Shown here one piece after another: positions 1 to 8,974 of a stretch of 64,000 nt of DNA (the stretch's first letter is position 1; every line of letters starts with the position of its first letter). Below the pieces are notes generated by a model. That model did no database searches. It saw nothing but the letters and a program-made list of their open reading frames with translations, and was not told the origin of the DNA. A program made the position numbers and the translations under genes. The DNA comes from Acidimicrobiaceae bacterium (lineage in GTDB: Bacteria > Actinomycetota > Acidimicrobiia > Acidimicrobiales > Aldehydirespiratoraceae), in contig VXTM01000024.1 of assembly GCA_009837445.1 (NCBI GenBank), positions 10,515 to 74,514 of the forward strand, read 5' to 3'.

Positions 1-766
1 TGAGGAACTGCTCGATGCGGGCGTCGCGGCCGCCCGCGCCGTCGTCGTTGGCGCCGATGATGCCCTGCTCCAGTGAGGCCAGCGACAGGACGGGGTCGCC
101 CTCCTCGGACTCCAGGTCGATGCGTACCCGAGCGGCCTCGGTCACCGCGAAGGAGTAGGCGTGGGCAGGGTGCGCGGTCACGAAGCGTGAGCCGCACGTG
201 TCCAGCGACCAGGTTCCCGACGCGGTCAGGTCGACGCCCGGCTCCAGCGTGCCGAGATGGACGAAGTCGCATCCCTCGACCCGGCTCACGGTGAGCGTGA
301 AGTCGGCCGGGCCCCGGCCGCGCCCGCCGACGGTGGTGGCCTCCACCAGGTAGGTGCCGGGCGCGAGGTCGCGCTCGACGCGGGCATCGAGGCGGTCCCC
401 GTTGTCGTCGTCGTCGGCGATGCGGCTGCCGTCGGTGGCTAGCAGGTAGAGGTAGGAGTCGGCGGCGGCCGACGAAAGGCCGATCCTGACCCGTCCCGGC
501 TCCTCGACTTGGAACCGGTAGGTGTGGGCGTCGTTGCCGGCCCGGAAGCGCGAGTCACAGTCCTCGGTCGTCCAGCGTCCCTGCGCCTCCAGCACGCTGC
601 CCGCCTCGCCGCCCAGAGTTCCCAGGTCAGTAACGTCGCAGTCCCCGGTGTCCTGGCCCAGAGCGGTGCCGGCACCAGCCAGAGCCAACACCGCGGCGAG
701 CAAGGCGATGATCGCTCCTGTAGCCACCAGCGCCCGCAGCGACTTGATTCGTGGCCCTACGTACAT
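1..766 (-). CDS. secreted repeat protein, N-terminal part (gene runs off the left edge of the window)
   Basis: Absent from the ORF track because no stop codon lies in the window. Minus-strand translation from ATG 766 gives MYVGPRIKSLRALVATGAIIALLAAVLALAGAGTALGQDTGDCDVTDLG..., which looks like a signal peptide. SD-like AGGGAGG (complement of 773-779) lies 6 nt upstream. There are two ~105-aa internal repeats, each with a Cys pair, a Y-x-F strand and an Asp-rich DDDxxG / NDDGAGG stretch (pre-peptidase C-terminal-domain look). Confidence 0.6.
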   Translation of the reverse strand, partial: MYVGPRIKSLRALVATGAIIALLAAVLALAGAGTALGQDTGDCDVTDLGTLGGEAGSVLEAQGRWTTEDCDSRFRAGNDAHTYRFQVEEPGRVRIGLSSAAADSYLYLLATDGSRIADDDDNGDRLDARVERDLAPGTYLVEATTVGGRGRGPADFTLTVSRVEGCDFVHLGTLEPGVDLTASGTWSLDTCGSRFVTAHPAHAYSFAVTEAARVRIDLESEEGDPVLSLASLEQGIIGANDDGAGGRDARIEQFL

Positions 767-876
767 GATGAACCTCCCTGCAAGAACCTTCACACACGCG
801 AGAGTCCTCGTCCGGTATCACGGCGACGGGCGGATGCTACGCGAGCCGCGCCTCGTCATGAGCGACTGTAGGTAAT

Positions 877-1752
877 TCAGGGTTCGAAGGGGCCGCGCCC
901 CATCTGGTCCCGCACAGTGGCCACCGGCGGGCTGGTCATGGTTCGGCGCAGCCAGTTGGCCCCGTCCACCACCAGGGTGTGGCCCGAGATGAACCGCCCG
1001 TAGGGCGAAGCCAGGAACGTGGCCGCCCAACCCAGCTCCTGGCGCTCCCCCACTCGCAGCGCGGGCTGGCAGATGTCCTTGTCGCTGGTGCGGTCCAGGC
1101 TGGAACGGATGTCGGATGTCATGTCCTCGTGAGGGAACAGGCCCGGCACCAGGCAGTTGACCTGGATCCCGTACGGACCCCACTCCACCGCCAGCGACTC
1201 GGTGAGGCTCTTCACGCCGGCCTTGGCCGCGGCCGAATGGGCGAAGCCCGGGCCACCCGTCCAGGCGTAGGAGGCGCCGACGTTGATCACCGATGCGGGT
1301 GTGCCTGCGGCCAGGTGCCGGCGGCCCAGCTCCCGGGTGCAGTTGAACGTGCCGTTGAGCGTGATGTCCACCACGGCCCGCCAGGCATTGGGCGACATGT
1401 CCTCGGCCGGCACCGGGAAGTTGGCGGCCGCGTTGTTGACCAGCACGTCCGGCAGTCCGAAGGCGGCTTCGGCTGCGTCGAAGGCGGCCGCGACCGCTGC
1501 CGGGTCGCGGATGTCGCACGCGGCGGTCGCCACCGGGGCCCCGAGCTGTTCCAGAGCGGCCCTGCCCGCCTCCAGATGGTCTGCGGAGCGGCTCGCGATC
1601 ACTATCGAGGCCCCGAGCCGGGCGAATTCCGACGCGATGGCCTTGCCCAGGCCGGTGCCGCCCCCGGTCACGAGCACGGTGCTGCCGTCGAAGGTTCCCG
1701 GCCGCAGAGCGGTCTCGCCGGCCCGGGGCGGCGGCGGCAGTCCGGAGGGCAA
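877..1752 (-). CDS. short-chain dehydrogenase/reductase (2,4-dienoyl-CoA reductase-like)
   Basis: C-terminal ~290 aa of the 502-aa ORF: TVLVTGGGTGLGKAIA (Rossmann TGxxxGxG), NNAA, GIQVNCLVPG. The upstream part of the ORF is Arg/Pro-rich junk overlapping the crotonase gene. TTG 1752 is my preferred start; the start is uncertain. Confidence 0.8.
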   Translation of the reverse strand: MPSGLPPPPRAGETALRPGTFDGSTVLVTGGGTGLGKAIASEFARLGASIVIASRSADHLEAGRAALEQLGAPVATAACDIRDPAAVAAAFDAAEAAFGLPDVLVNNAAANFPVPAEDMSPNAWRAVVDITLNGTFNCTRELGRRHLAAGTPASVINVGASYAWTGGPGFAHSAAAKAGVKSLTESLAVEWGPYGIQVNCLVPGLFPHEDMTSDIRSSLDRTSDKDICQPALRVGERQELGWAATFLASPYGRFISGHTLVVDGANWLRRTMTSPPVATVRDQMGRGPFEP

Positions 1753-1760
1753 GGCCGCGG

Positions 1761-2540
1761 TCAGCTCCCGGTGTAGCGAGGCGGCCGGTCCTCGGCCCGG
1801 GCCGCCTTCATCTCGGCAAAATCGTCGCTGCGGTTGAGGAACGTCTGGTAGATCAGCTCGTCGGCCATGGAGGCCCGCTGCTGGGGCCGGGCCAGGTGCG
1901 CGATGACCTTCCGGGCCAGCTTCACGGTGGCCGCGGGCGCGGCCGCGATGGCCTCGGCCATGGCCCGGGCCTCGGCGTCGAGGTCGTGGGGGGCCACCAC
2001 CCGCGACACGATGCCGTGAGCCAGCGCCTCCTGGGCGTTCAAGGTGCGCCCGGTGAGCACCATGTCGCTGACTAGTCCGTGGCCGCACATCTGATGCAGC
2101 ACGCTCACCCCGCCGGTGTCGGGGATGACGCCGTAGCCCACCTCGGGCAGCCGGAAGCGGGCGTCGTCGGCCGCGATGCGGATGTCGCACAGCAGGGCCC
2201 GCTGGAACGACCCGCCGATGGCCCAGCCGCCGATAGCTGCGATCACCGGCGCGTCGAGCTCCCACAGCCGCTGGATGCCCTTGTGGCCCCGGACCATCAG
2301 CTCGTGGTGGGTTAGCTCGCTGAGATTGGTGCCCACCACCGAGACGTCTCGCCCCGATGACCAGCTGCGACCCTCGGCCCGCCAAACCACGGCCCGCACC
2401 TCCGGCTGGCCGGCCAGCTCCTCGAGGATCTCGAAGAGCCGCACGTCCATCTCGTCGTCGAAGGCGTTGTGCTTGGCCGGGTTGTTGTTGGTGATGGTGG
2501 CGACGGCACCGTCGATGTCGAGCCGGACCCGGTCGGTCAC
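1761..2540 (-). CDS. enoyl-CoA hydratase/isomerase (crotonase) family protein
   Basis: VTDRVRLDIDGAVATITNNNPAKHNAF...AAIGGWAIGGSFQRALLCDIRIAADDARFRLPEVGYG is a typical crotonase fold signature. GTG start at 2540 read from the sequence. 8 nt upstream of the SDR gene. Confidence 0.85.
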   Translation of the reverse strand: MTDRVRLDIDGAVATITNNNPAKHNAFDDEMDVRLFEILEELAGQPEVRAVVWRAEGRSWSSGRDVSVVGTNLSELTHHELMVRGHKGIQRLWELDAPVIAAIGGWAIGGSFQRALLCDIRIAADDARFRLPEVGYGVIPDTGGVSVLHQMCGHGLVSDMVLTGRTLNAQEALAHGIVSRVVAPHDLDAEARAMAEAIAAAPAATVKLARKVIAHLARPQQRASMADELIYQTFLNRSDDFAEMKAARAEDRPPRYTGS

Positions 2541-2556
2541 AAGGCTGTCCAATCCT

Positions 2557-3882
2557 CTAGTTCTTGGGCAGCTGGCTGAACGGCGTGTCGCGGGCCGGGC
2601 CGGGCTCCCTGGGCAGTCCGAGCACGCGCTCCCCGATGATGTTGCGCTGCACCTGGTCGGTGCCGCCGTAGATGGACGGCGCGGGCGAGAACAGCGCCAC
2701 CTCGGCGATATGGCCGCCACTCTGGCCGTCGGAGTCGCCCATCAGCATCCCGTCCGGGCCGACGACCCGCATGCCAATGTCGCGGAACGCGCGGTTGAGC
2801 TCGCTCATGGTGAGCTTGGCGATGTTGGGCGCAGCCGCGCTTCCCCAGTCGCCCGCTCCTTGTTCGCTGCGCTCACGGGCCGATCGGGCCCGTCCCCCTT
2901 TGGCTCGCTGGATCGAGAGCCGGTTGATCTCGATCAGCCCGTAGAGGCGCATCAGGTCGTCGCGCAGCACCTTGCTGGTGATGCTGCCGTTCTTGCGGGC
3001 CATGTCGACCAGCCACCACCACATGTCGATGCCCAGGGGCGGCACGCCCGACATGGCGGCGCCGGCGGACCGGTCAACAAAGTCGCCCACCCGCGCATTC
3101 AGGACGCCGCCCTTCGGCCCGGGGATTAGCTCCGGCGGCTTGCGGCCCGACGATCCCAGCGAGGCCCGCTCGACCATCAGCGTGGTGTTGCCCACTCTCC
3201 AGCCGTTGTTGAGCCCTCCGATGAGGGCGCTGTCGGCCACCCGGGCCTCGTCGATGAACACCTCGTTGAACAGGGCCCGGCCCGTCATCTCGGTCAGGGG
3301 CCGGACCTCCACTCCGGGCTGGTCCATGTCGAAGGCGAACCACGAGATGCCCGCGTGCTTGGGCTGGTCTGGGTCGGTGCGGGCCAGCAGCATGCCCATG
3401 TCGGAGACCTGGCCGCCGGATGTCCAGACCTTCTGTCCGGCGATCACCCACTCGTCGCCGTCGCGCTCGGCCCGGCACTGGAGGCTGGCCAGGTCGGAGC
3501 CGGCGTTGGGCTCGCTGAACAGCTGGCACCAGCCCACCCGGCCGTCGAGGATCTCCGGCACGTACCGGTCGATCTGGGTGGGTGTGCCGTGGAAGGCGAT
3601 CGTGGGAGCAGCCAGCATCCGCCCCAGGCCGCCGGGAGGGCCCAGCACGCCTCGCTCGGCCAGGACCAGCGACACCAGCGCGGACTGGTCCATGCCGTAG
3701 CCGAGACCGCCCGCGGACTCCGGCAGCATCGGGTGGGAGTAGCCGGCGCCGGCCAGGAGCCGCCACCACTGCTCCACGGTCAGGTCCGGATCCCAGTTCC
3801 GGTCGCAGAAGGCCTCCACCGCGGCCCGCACCGTGCCGGCGTCGATTTCGGAGTCGGCAGGGGCGGTGGCGGTCTCGGTCAT
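2557..3882 (-). CDS. acyl-CoA dehydrogenase family protein
   Basis: MTETATAP... start at ATG 3882. WCQLFSEPNAGSDLASL, WTSGG, and C-terminal GGTDQVQRNIIGERVLGLP are typical ACAD motifs. The 628-aa ORF N-terminus is an artefact. Confidence 0.9.
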   Translation of the reverse strand: MTETATAPADSEIDAGTVRAAVEAFCDRNWDPDLTVEQWWRLLAGAGYSHPMLPESAGGLGYGMDQSALVSLVLAERGVLGPPGGLGRMLAAPTIAFHGTPTQIDRYVPEILDGRVGWCQLFSEPNAGSDLASLQCRAERDGDEWVIAGQKVWTSGGQVSDMGMLLARTDPDQPKHAGISWFAFDMDQPGVEVRPLTEMTGRALFNEVFIDEARVADSALIGGLNNGWRVGNTTLMVERASLGSSGRKPPELIPGPKGGVLNARVGDFVDRSAGAAMSGVPPLGIDMWWWLVDMARKNGSITSKVLRDDLMRLYGLIEINRLSIQRAKGGRARSARERSEQGAGDWGSAAAPNIAKLTMSELNRAFRDIGMRVVGPDGMLMGDSDGQSGGHIAEVALFSPAPSIYGGTDQVQRNIIGERVLGLPREPGPARDTPFSQLPKN

Positions 3883-3887
3883 GGTGC

Positions 3888-5129
3888 TCAGGTGGGCCGG
3901 GGCTCGTTCAGGTACGACACGTTGTCGAGCATGATGGCACGGCGCTCGGCGTCGGAGAAGCCCTTCAGCTCGGCCAGGTAGTCGAGGGGCTCGGGCATGC
4001 CCTCGATGTGGGGCCAGTCCGAGCCGAATATCACCCGGTCGGCGCCCATCAGCTCGGTCACCTCGTTCACGTCGTCCTCCCAGAACGGGTTGACCCATAC
4101 ATGGGTCTTGAACGTGTCGATCGGGTGGTCGTCGAACCACCAGTAGTTCTTCTTGGCGATCTGGGAGAGCTTCCGGAACATCGGGGCCAGGAAGTCGGAG
4201 CCGTTCTCCACCGACGCCACCCGCAGGTTCGGGAAGCGGTCGTAGATCTTCTCGAACACCGACTGCATCAGCCAGTCCTGGGCGGCCCGCTCGATGGCGA
4301 AGGCCCGCAGGTTCGGCCCGCCCCCCGCTCCGATGCCCAGACCGGCCGAGGAGAACTCGTCGTCGGCGTAGCCCTGGGAGGAGTATCCCGAGTCGGCCGC
4401 GTGGATCACCACCGTCACGCCGGCGTCGTTGAGGGTCTGCCACACCGGGTCGAACGTCTCATGGAAGGGCGACAGCTGGCCGGTGCTGGTGGTGACCGCG
4501 GCCGGGCGCATGACCACGATCCGGGCTCCCAGCCCCAGTACCCGGTCCACCTCCTCCACGGCAGCGGCAGGGTCGCCCAGAGCGATGTAGGGGGCGCCGA
4601 AGATGCGGTCGGAGCAGTTGTAGCCCCAGTCGTCCTCGAGCCAGCGGTTGAAGGCGCCCATCATGGCCACCACCGCGTCGACGTCGTGGCGCAGCAGCTC
4701 CTCGTACAGCACTCCCAGGGTCGGGAAGAGCCACACGGCCCTCAGACCCTGGGCGTCCATCACTTTGAGGCGGGCCTGGGGGTCCATGTAGTGGTCGGGC
4801 AGTGGTTCCCGGTCGCGGAGCATCTCGGCCGGGTTCCTGCCCTCGGGGTTCCCCTTGAAGTAGTCGCGCAGCGCGCCCGGCTTGGCGATGGGATTCCAGG
4901 TGGGGTTGGCCACCGCCCGGGCCAGCCTGCCCCCCACGAGGTGGTGCTTGCGGCCCCCCATGTCGACCCATTGCACGACCCGGGGCTGCATCCGGGGGTC
5001 GACGTGGCGGGTGAACGCGTCGAGGGCCTCGTAGTAGTGGTTGTCGGCGTCGAAGGGCCGGTAGCCGAGATCCTCCGCGGTCAGCGCCACGGCGCCGGGC
5101 TGGGGACCGGAGAGGTCGTCGGGTGCCAC
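3888..5129 (-). CDS. amidohydrolase-2 family metal-dependent hydrolase
   Basis: 413-aa ORF with FDADNHYYE near the N-terminus and FGSDWPH near the C-terminus (amidohydrolase_2 / COG2159 look). First gene of a tightly packed minus-strand operon. Confidence 0.8.
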   Translation of the reverse strand: MAPDDLSGPQPGAVALTAEDLGYRPFDADNHYYEALDAFTRHVDPRMQPRVVQWVDMGGRKHHLVGGRLARAVANPTWNPIAKPGALRDYFKGNPEGRNPAEMLRDREPLPDHYMDPQARLKVMDAQGLRAVWLFPTLGVLYEELLRHDVDAVVAMMGAFNRWLEDDWGYNCSDRIFGAPYIALGDPAAAVEEVDRVLGLGARIVVMRPAAVTTSTGQLSPFHETFDPVWQTLNDAGVTVVIHAADSGYSSQGYADDEFSSAGLGIGAGGGPNLRAFAIERAAQDWLMQSVFEKIYDRFPNLRVASVENGSDFLAPMFRKLSQIAKKNYWWFDDHPIDTFKTHVWVNPFWEDDVNEVTELMGADRVIFGSDWPHIEGMPEPLDYLAELKGFSDAERRAIMLDNVSYLNEPRPT

Positions 5130-5153
5130 GGCGTCACGCTACCGTGTGGGCCG

Positions 5154-5585
5154 ATGCCGCCCAAGACCTTCACGACCGCCCAGTTGCAGGCCCGCACCCT
5201 CAAACGGGGCGAGAGGGTGCGGCTGGTGGCCGAGCTGCCGGGCGTGCCGCAGGGTGCCGAGGGCAAGGTGGCCATGGCCAACGGCTTCACCTGGAACCGC
5301 TACTGGGTGAGGCTCGTGGACGGCCGGGTGGTCGGCCACATCGATCACGGCGATCTGGTGCGGACCAGGGACTACGAGCGCTTTCTGGTCGCCCGTGACC
5401 GGGAAGCTATAGAGGCTGAGCTGGCCGCGCAGCGGGCCGCGGAGGCTGCAGAGGCCGCACCCGCGGAGGCTGACGGTGCAGATGGCGGCGATGCCGGCGC
5501 GGGCGAGGCGGTCGTCAACGGCGTGGCCGTGCCCGCCTACCTGCTCCAGCGCTCGGCCGACGCCCGGACCCGCCTCGGCGCCTGA
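5154..5585 (+). CDS. hypothetical protein (Ala/Glu-rich middle)
   Basis: Only the last 143 aa of the 667-aa ORF look protein-like: MPPKTFTTAQLQARTLKRGERVRLVAELPGVPQGAEGKV... ATG 5154 read from the sequence. No family recognised. Confidence 0.5.
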   Translation: MPPKTFTTAQLQARTLKRGERVRLVAELPGVPQGAEGKVAMANGFTWNRYWVRLVDGRVVGHIDHGDLVRTRDYERFLVARDREAIEAELAAQRAAEAAEAAPAEADGADGGDAGAGEAVVNGVAVPAYLLQRSADARTRLGA

Positions 5586-5679
5586 GCCGAGCCGCGCTAC
5601 AGTAGGCGCCGGCCAACCACGAGCATACAGGAAAACTACTGAAAATGGTGCTGTCTGTCGCTGCGCTCGTGCGGTTGAC

Positions 5680-6837
5680 CTAGCCGCCCCACTCCCTCAG
5701 GCGGCGCATGGCCTCGGCCATGTCTTCGGTGGCGCCTGCGTAGGAGAACCGGGCGTAGCGGTGACCCTCGGCCGGGTCGAAGTCGATGCCGGGCGTCACC
5801 GCCACACCGAGCTCGTCCAGCCAGCGGCGGCACAGTGCCTGGCTGTCGGCCGCGAGGTGATCGACGGCCGCATACACGTAGAAGGCCCCGTCGCTGGGCG
5901 CCAGACGGTCGATGCCGGCTGCGGGGAGGCCGTCGAGCAGCACCCCCCGGTTGGTGGCGTAGCGGGCCACGTTGGCCTGCAGCTCGTCGTGGCAATCGAA
6001 GGCGGCCACCGCGGCGATCTGTGACACCGTGGGCGCAGAGATGAAGAAGTTCTGGGCCAGCCGGCGGACCGGCTCCACGAGGTCGGATGGGGCGACCACC
6101 CAGCCGAGGCGCCAGCCCGTCATCGAGAAGTACTTGGAGAAGCTGTTGACCACCAGCGCGTCGGAATTGAGGTTCAGCGCGGTGGGCGCCGGTTCATCGA
6201 AGGTGATGCCGTGGTAGATCTCGTCGGCAACCAGGCGCACGCCGTGGTCCGCGCACCAGTCCGCCACCGCGGCCAGTGACGGTCCGTCGAGCATCGTCCC
6301 TGACGGGTTCGAGGGCGAGGCCAGCACCAGCCCGTCCACCGAGCCCGTGCGCCGGCACAGGTCCTCGAGAAGCTCGGGCGAGGGCTGGAAGCGGGTCTCG
6401 GCCGACGTGGGGAGGGTCACCACGTCGGCGTTGAGGGCCTGCAGGGCGTTGCGGTAGCAGGGGTAGCCGGGGGTGGTCACCACCACCCGGTCGCCGGCGT
6501 CGAAGGCGGCCAGGAACGCCAGCACGAACGCCCCGGAGGCGCCGAAGGTCACGACGATGCGACCGGGGTCGACCTCGGCGCCGTACCACGACCGGTAGTG
6601 CTCGCAGAGCCGCCTTCTGAGCGCTTCGAGCCCCGCCGCGGTGGTGTATCCGAGAACATCGGAGTCCAGGGCGACCTGCGCGGCCCGGATCACACCGGCG
6701 GGAGCGGGAGTGGACGGTTGACCGACCTCCAGGTGAAGCACCTCGCCGCCGGCCATCTCCCGTTCCTCCGCGGCGCGCATCACCTCCATCACGTAGAACG
6801 GGCTGATGTCCGATCGCCGGGACTGAGGCAGCGCCAC
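5680..6837 (-). CDS. pyridoxal-phosphate-dependent aminotransferase (class I/II)
   Basis: 385 aa. NSFSKYFSMTGWRLGW (PLP-lysine SxSK motif), ASPSNPSG and TPGYPCY are typical of aspartate/aromatic aminotransferase-like enzymes. Confidence 0.85.
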   Translation of the reverse strand: MALPQSRRSDISPFYVMEVMRAAEEREMAGGEVLHLEVGQPSTPAPAGVIRAAQVALDSDVLGYTTAAGLEALRRRLCEHYRSWYGAEVDPGRIVVTFGASGAFVLAFLAAFDAGDRVVVTTPGYPCYRNALQALNADVVTLPTSAETRFQPSPELLEDLCRRTGSVDGLVLASPSNPSGTMLDGPSLAAVADWCADHGVRLVADEIYHGITFDEPAPTALNLNSDALVVNSFSKYFSMTGWRLGWVVAPSDLVEPVRRLAQNFFISAPTVSQIAAVAAFDCHDELQANVARYATNRGVLLDGLPAAGIDRLAPSDGAFYVYAAVDHLAADSQALCRRWLDELGVAVTPGIDFDPAEGHRYARFSYAGATEDMAEAMRRLREWGG

Positions 6838-6882
6838 GGCGGCAATGATGCCACCGGCGTGCCGGGGATATGGTGTCGGCCC

Positions 6883-7521
6883 GTGGGCGTGTTCGTCTTC
6901 GGGATCTGCGGGGGCTCCGGCGCGGGCAAGACGACCCTCACCAAGCGCTTGGTCGAGCGCTTGGGCGCAACCGAGACCAGCGTCCTGGCCTTCGACGCCT
7001 ACTACCGCGACCTGTCACACCTGCCCTTCGCCGAGCGACGCAGGCGCAACTTCGACCATCCCGACTCCCTCGACAGCGATCTGTTCATTCAGCACCTCGA
7101 TGCGCTGAAGCAGGGTCTCGATGCGGACATGCCGGTCTACGACTTCTCCACTCACACCCTCAGCGGCCGCTTCGAGCGAGTGTCGGCTGCGCCGCTGCTG
7201 CTGGTGGAGGGCATCCTGCTGCTGGCCTTCGAGGAGGTCGCGGCCCGCATGGACTACTCGATCTTCATGGACGTGCCCGAAGATGTGCGGCTCCGGCGCC
7301 GCATCCAGCGCGACGTCTCCGAGCGGGGCCGGCCCGAGGATCATGTGCGCAGGCAGTTCGCGGCCACGGTCGCGCCCATGCACGACGCCTACGTGCAGCC
7401 CGGCCGCCACCGGGCCGACCGGGTCGTGTCCCCGGTCGGCGTCGATCAACTGGCCGACGAGTTGGTCGCGATGCTGGCTCCGTCGACGGCCGCCGCGGGT
7501 TCGGGGCTCCTGGCGGGCTAG
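6883..7521 (+). CDS. udk: uridine kinase
   Basis: VFVFGICGGSGAGKTTL (P-loop), NFDHPDSLDSDL, LLVEGILL, RRIQRDVSERGR. GTG 6883 chosen as start; the upstream part of the 307-aa ORF is antisense to the aminotransferase gene. Confidence 0.85.
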   Translation: MGVFVFGICGGSGAGKTTLTKRLVERLGATETSVLAFDAYYRDLSHLPFAERRRRNFDHPDSLDSDLFIQHLDALKQGLDADMPVYDFSTHTLSGRFERVSAAPLLLVEGILLLAFEEVAARMDYSIFMDVPEDVRLRRRIQRDVSERGRPEDHVRRQFAATVAPMHDAYVQPGRHRADRVVSPVGVDQLADELVAMLAPSTAAAGSGLLAG

Positions 7522-8126
7522 AGAACTACGCCCTCGCCTGCGAGGAGCTTGGCCTTGAGCTCGGGCCGGTAGCCGTAGTTGCCCACTCCCCCGCTGCTCG
7601 GCACCACCCGGTGGCAGGGGACCAGCAGCGGCACCGGGTTGCGGGCCATGGCCGTGCCCACCGCGCGGGCCGCCCTGGGCCGCCCCACGATCTCGGCCAG
7701 CTCGCCGTAGGTGCGGACCTCGCCGCGGGGGATGCGAGCGGTGGCCCGGAGCACCTCCTGATGGAACTCCGAGCGCGACGACAGGTCGACGGGAACGTCG
7801 GTGCGGCCGGTGGCGAGGGCCTCGCCCACCCGGGCCACCAGCTTGGGATCGGGGTCGGGATCGGGTTCGACGTCGGTGCCCACCTCGTCGCGCATGTAGT
7901 CGACGAAGCGGCCCGGGTCGGGCTCCCGGCCGTCGGGCGCGATCAGGAGACCCGACACCCACCCGTTCGAGTGGGCGACGAACACTGGTCCGGCGGGGCT
8001 GTCGGCCGTGAACCACAGGTGGGTATGGCCAGCCCGCTCGGGCACGTCCCCACCGTGGTCAGGCGCGGGATCGCTCAGGCTTACAGCGTTCCTTGCGCTC
8101 GTGATGGCTGCATTCATGGGGCGCAT
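7518..8126 (-). CDS. ogt: methylated-DNA--protein-cysteine methyltransferase
   Basis: C-terminal IPRGEVRTYGELAEIVGRPRAARAVGTAMARNPVPLLVPCHRVV contains the PCHR active site. ATG 8126 (MRPMNAAI...). Confidence 0.85.
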   Translation of the reverse strand: MRPMNAAITSARNAVSLSDPAPDHGGDVPERAGHTHLWFTADSPAGPVFVAHSNGWVSGLLIAPDGREPDPGRFVDYMRDEVGTDVEPDPDPDPKLVARVGEALATGRTDVPVDLSSRSEFHQEVLRATARIPRGEVRTYGELAEIVGRPRAARAVGTAMARNPVPLLVPCHRVVPSSGGVGNYGYRPELKAKLLAGEGVVL

Positions 8127-8245
8127 CTCCCGTCTTGTCGCGGTGGAATTACACCGATGAAGCTTGGACTCGGACGGTATCGAGTGCCTCCCCGTCGCGC
8201 AAGTGCAATACCAGACCCTCGACTCGGCCTCCAGGCCGCGGCGTG

Positions 8246-8926
8246 TCAGAGCTCGGGGATGGCCCAGTCCACCGGCTCTCGACCGGCGGCCACGAGGGCC
8301 TCGTTGGCCCGGCTGAACGGCCGGCTGCCGAAGAATCCGCCCGAAGCCGACAGCGGCGATGGGTGGGCCGACTCGATCACGACATGGCGGCTGGTGTCTA
8401 CCAGGGCTCGCTTGCGGCGGGCCGAGCCGCCCCACAATATGAACACCACCCGCTCATCCTTGCCGTTGACCACCCGGATCACCTCGTCGGTGAAGGTCTC
8501 CCAGCCCTTCCGCTGGTGGCTGGCGGCCTGGCGGGCCCGGACCGTGAGGGTGGCGTTGAGCAGCAGCACCCCCTGGCGGGCCCAGTGCTCCAGCGAGCCG
8601 TGGTTGGGCACCGGCGCCCCGATGTCGTGGTGCAGCTCATCGAGGATGTTGACCAGCGACGGCGGCTTGACCACTCCGGGCCGCACCGAGAAGCACAGCC
8701 CGTGGGCCTGCCGGGGGCCGTGGTAGGGGTCCTGGCCCAGGATCAGGACCTTGACCGAGGCATGCGGGGTGAGATGCAGGGCCGCGAACACCTCGTCGTG
8801 GGGTGGGAACACCTGGCCGCGAGCCCGCTCGGCCCGAACGAAGTCCTGCAGCTGTTGCCAGTAGGGCTTGTCGAACTCGCCCCGCAGCAGCGGGTTCCAG
8901 TCGGTCCGGGGCGCCATCGGCGCCAC
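8246..8926 (-). CDS. ung: uracil-DNA glycosylase (family 1)
   Basis: 226 aa. VLILGQDPYHGPRQAHGLCFSV, GVLLLNATLTV, HPSPLSA are the canonical Ung motifs. Confidence 0.9.
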   Translation of the reverse strand: MAPMAPRTDWNPLLRGEFDKPYWQQLQDFVRAERARGQVFPPHDEVFAALHLTPHASVKVLILGQDPYHGPRQAHGLCFSVRPGVVKPPSLVNILDELHHDIGAPVPNHGSLEHWARQGVLLLNATLTVRARQAASHQRKGWETFTDEVIRVVNGKDERVVFILWGGSARRKRALVDTSRHVVIESAHPSPLSASGGFFGSRPFSRANEALVAAGREPVDWAIPEL

Positions 8927-8974
8927 AGTAGAACTCTGGCGGCGCTCTTGTCTGCGATGCCTGACAGTGTGCGG

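Noticed and set aside
3582-5585. 667-aa plus-strand ORF
   Set aside because: The first ~520 aa are antisense to the acyl-CoA dehydrogenase and amidohydrolase genes and are Arg/Pro/Gly junk. Only the last 143 aa (5154..5585) were kept as a possible gene.
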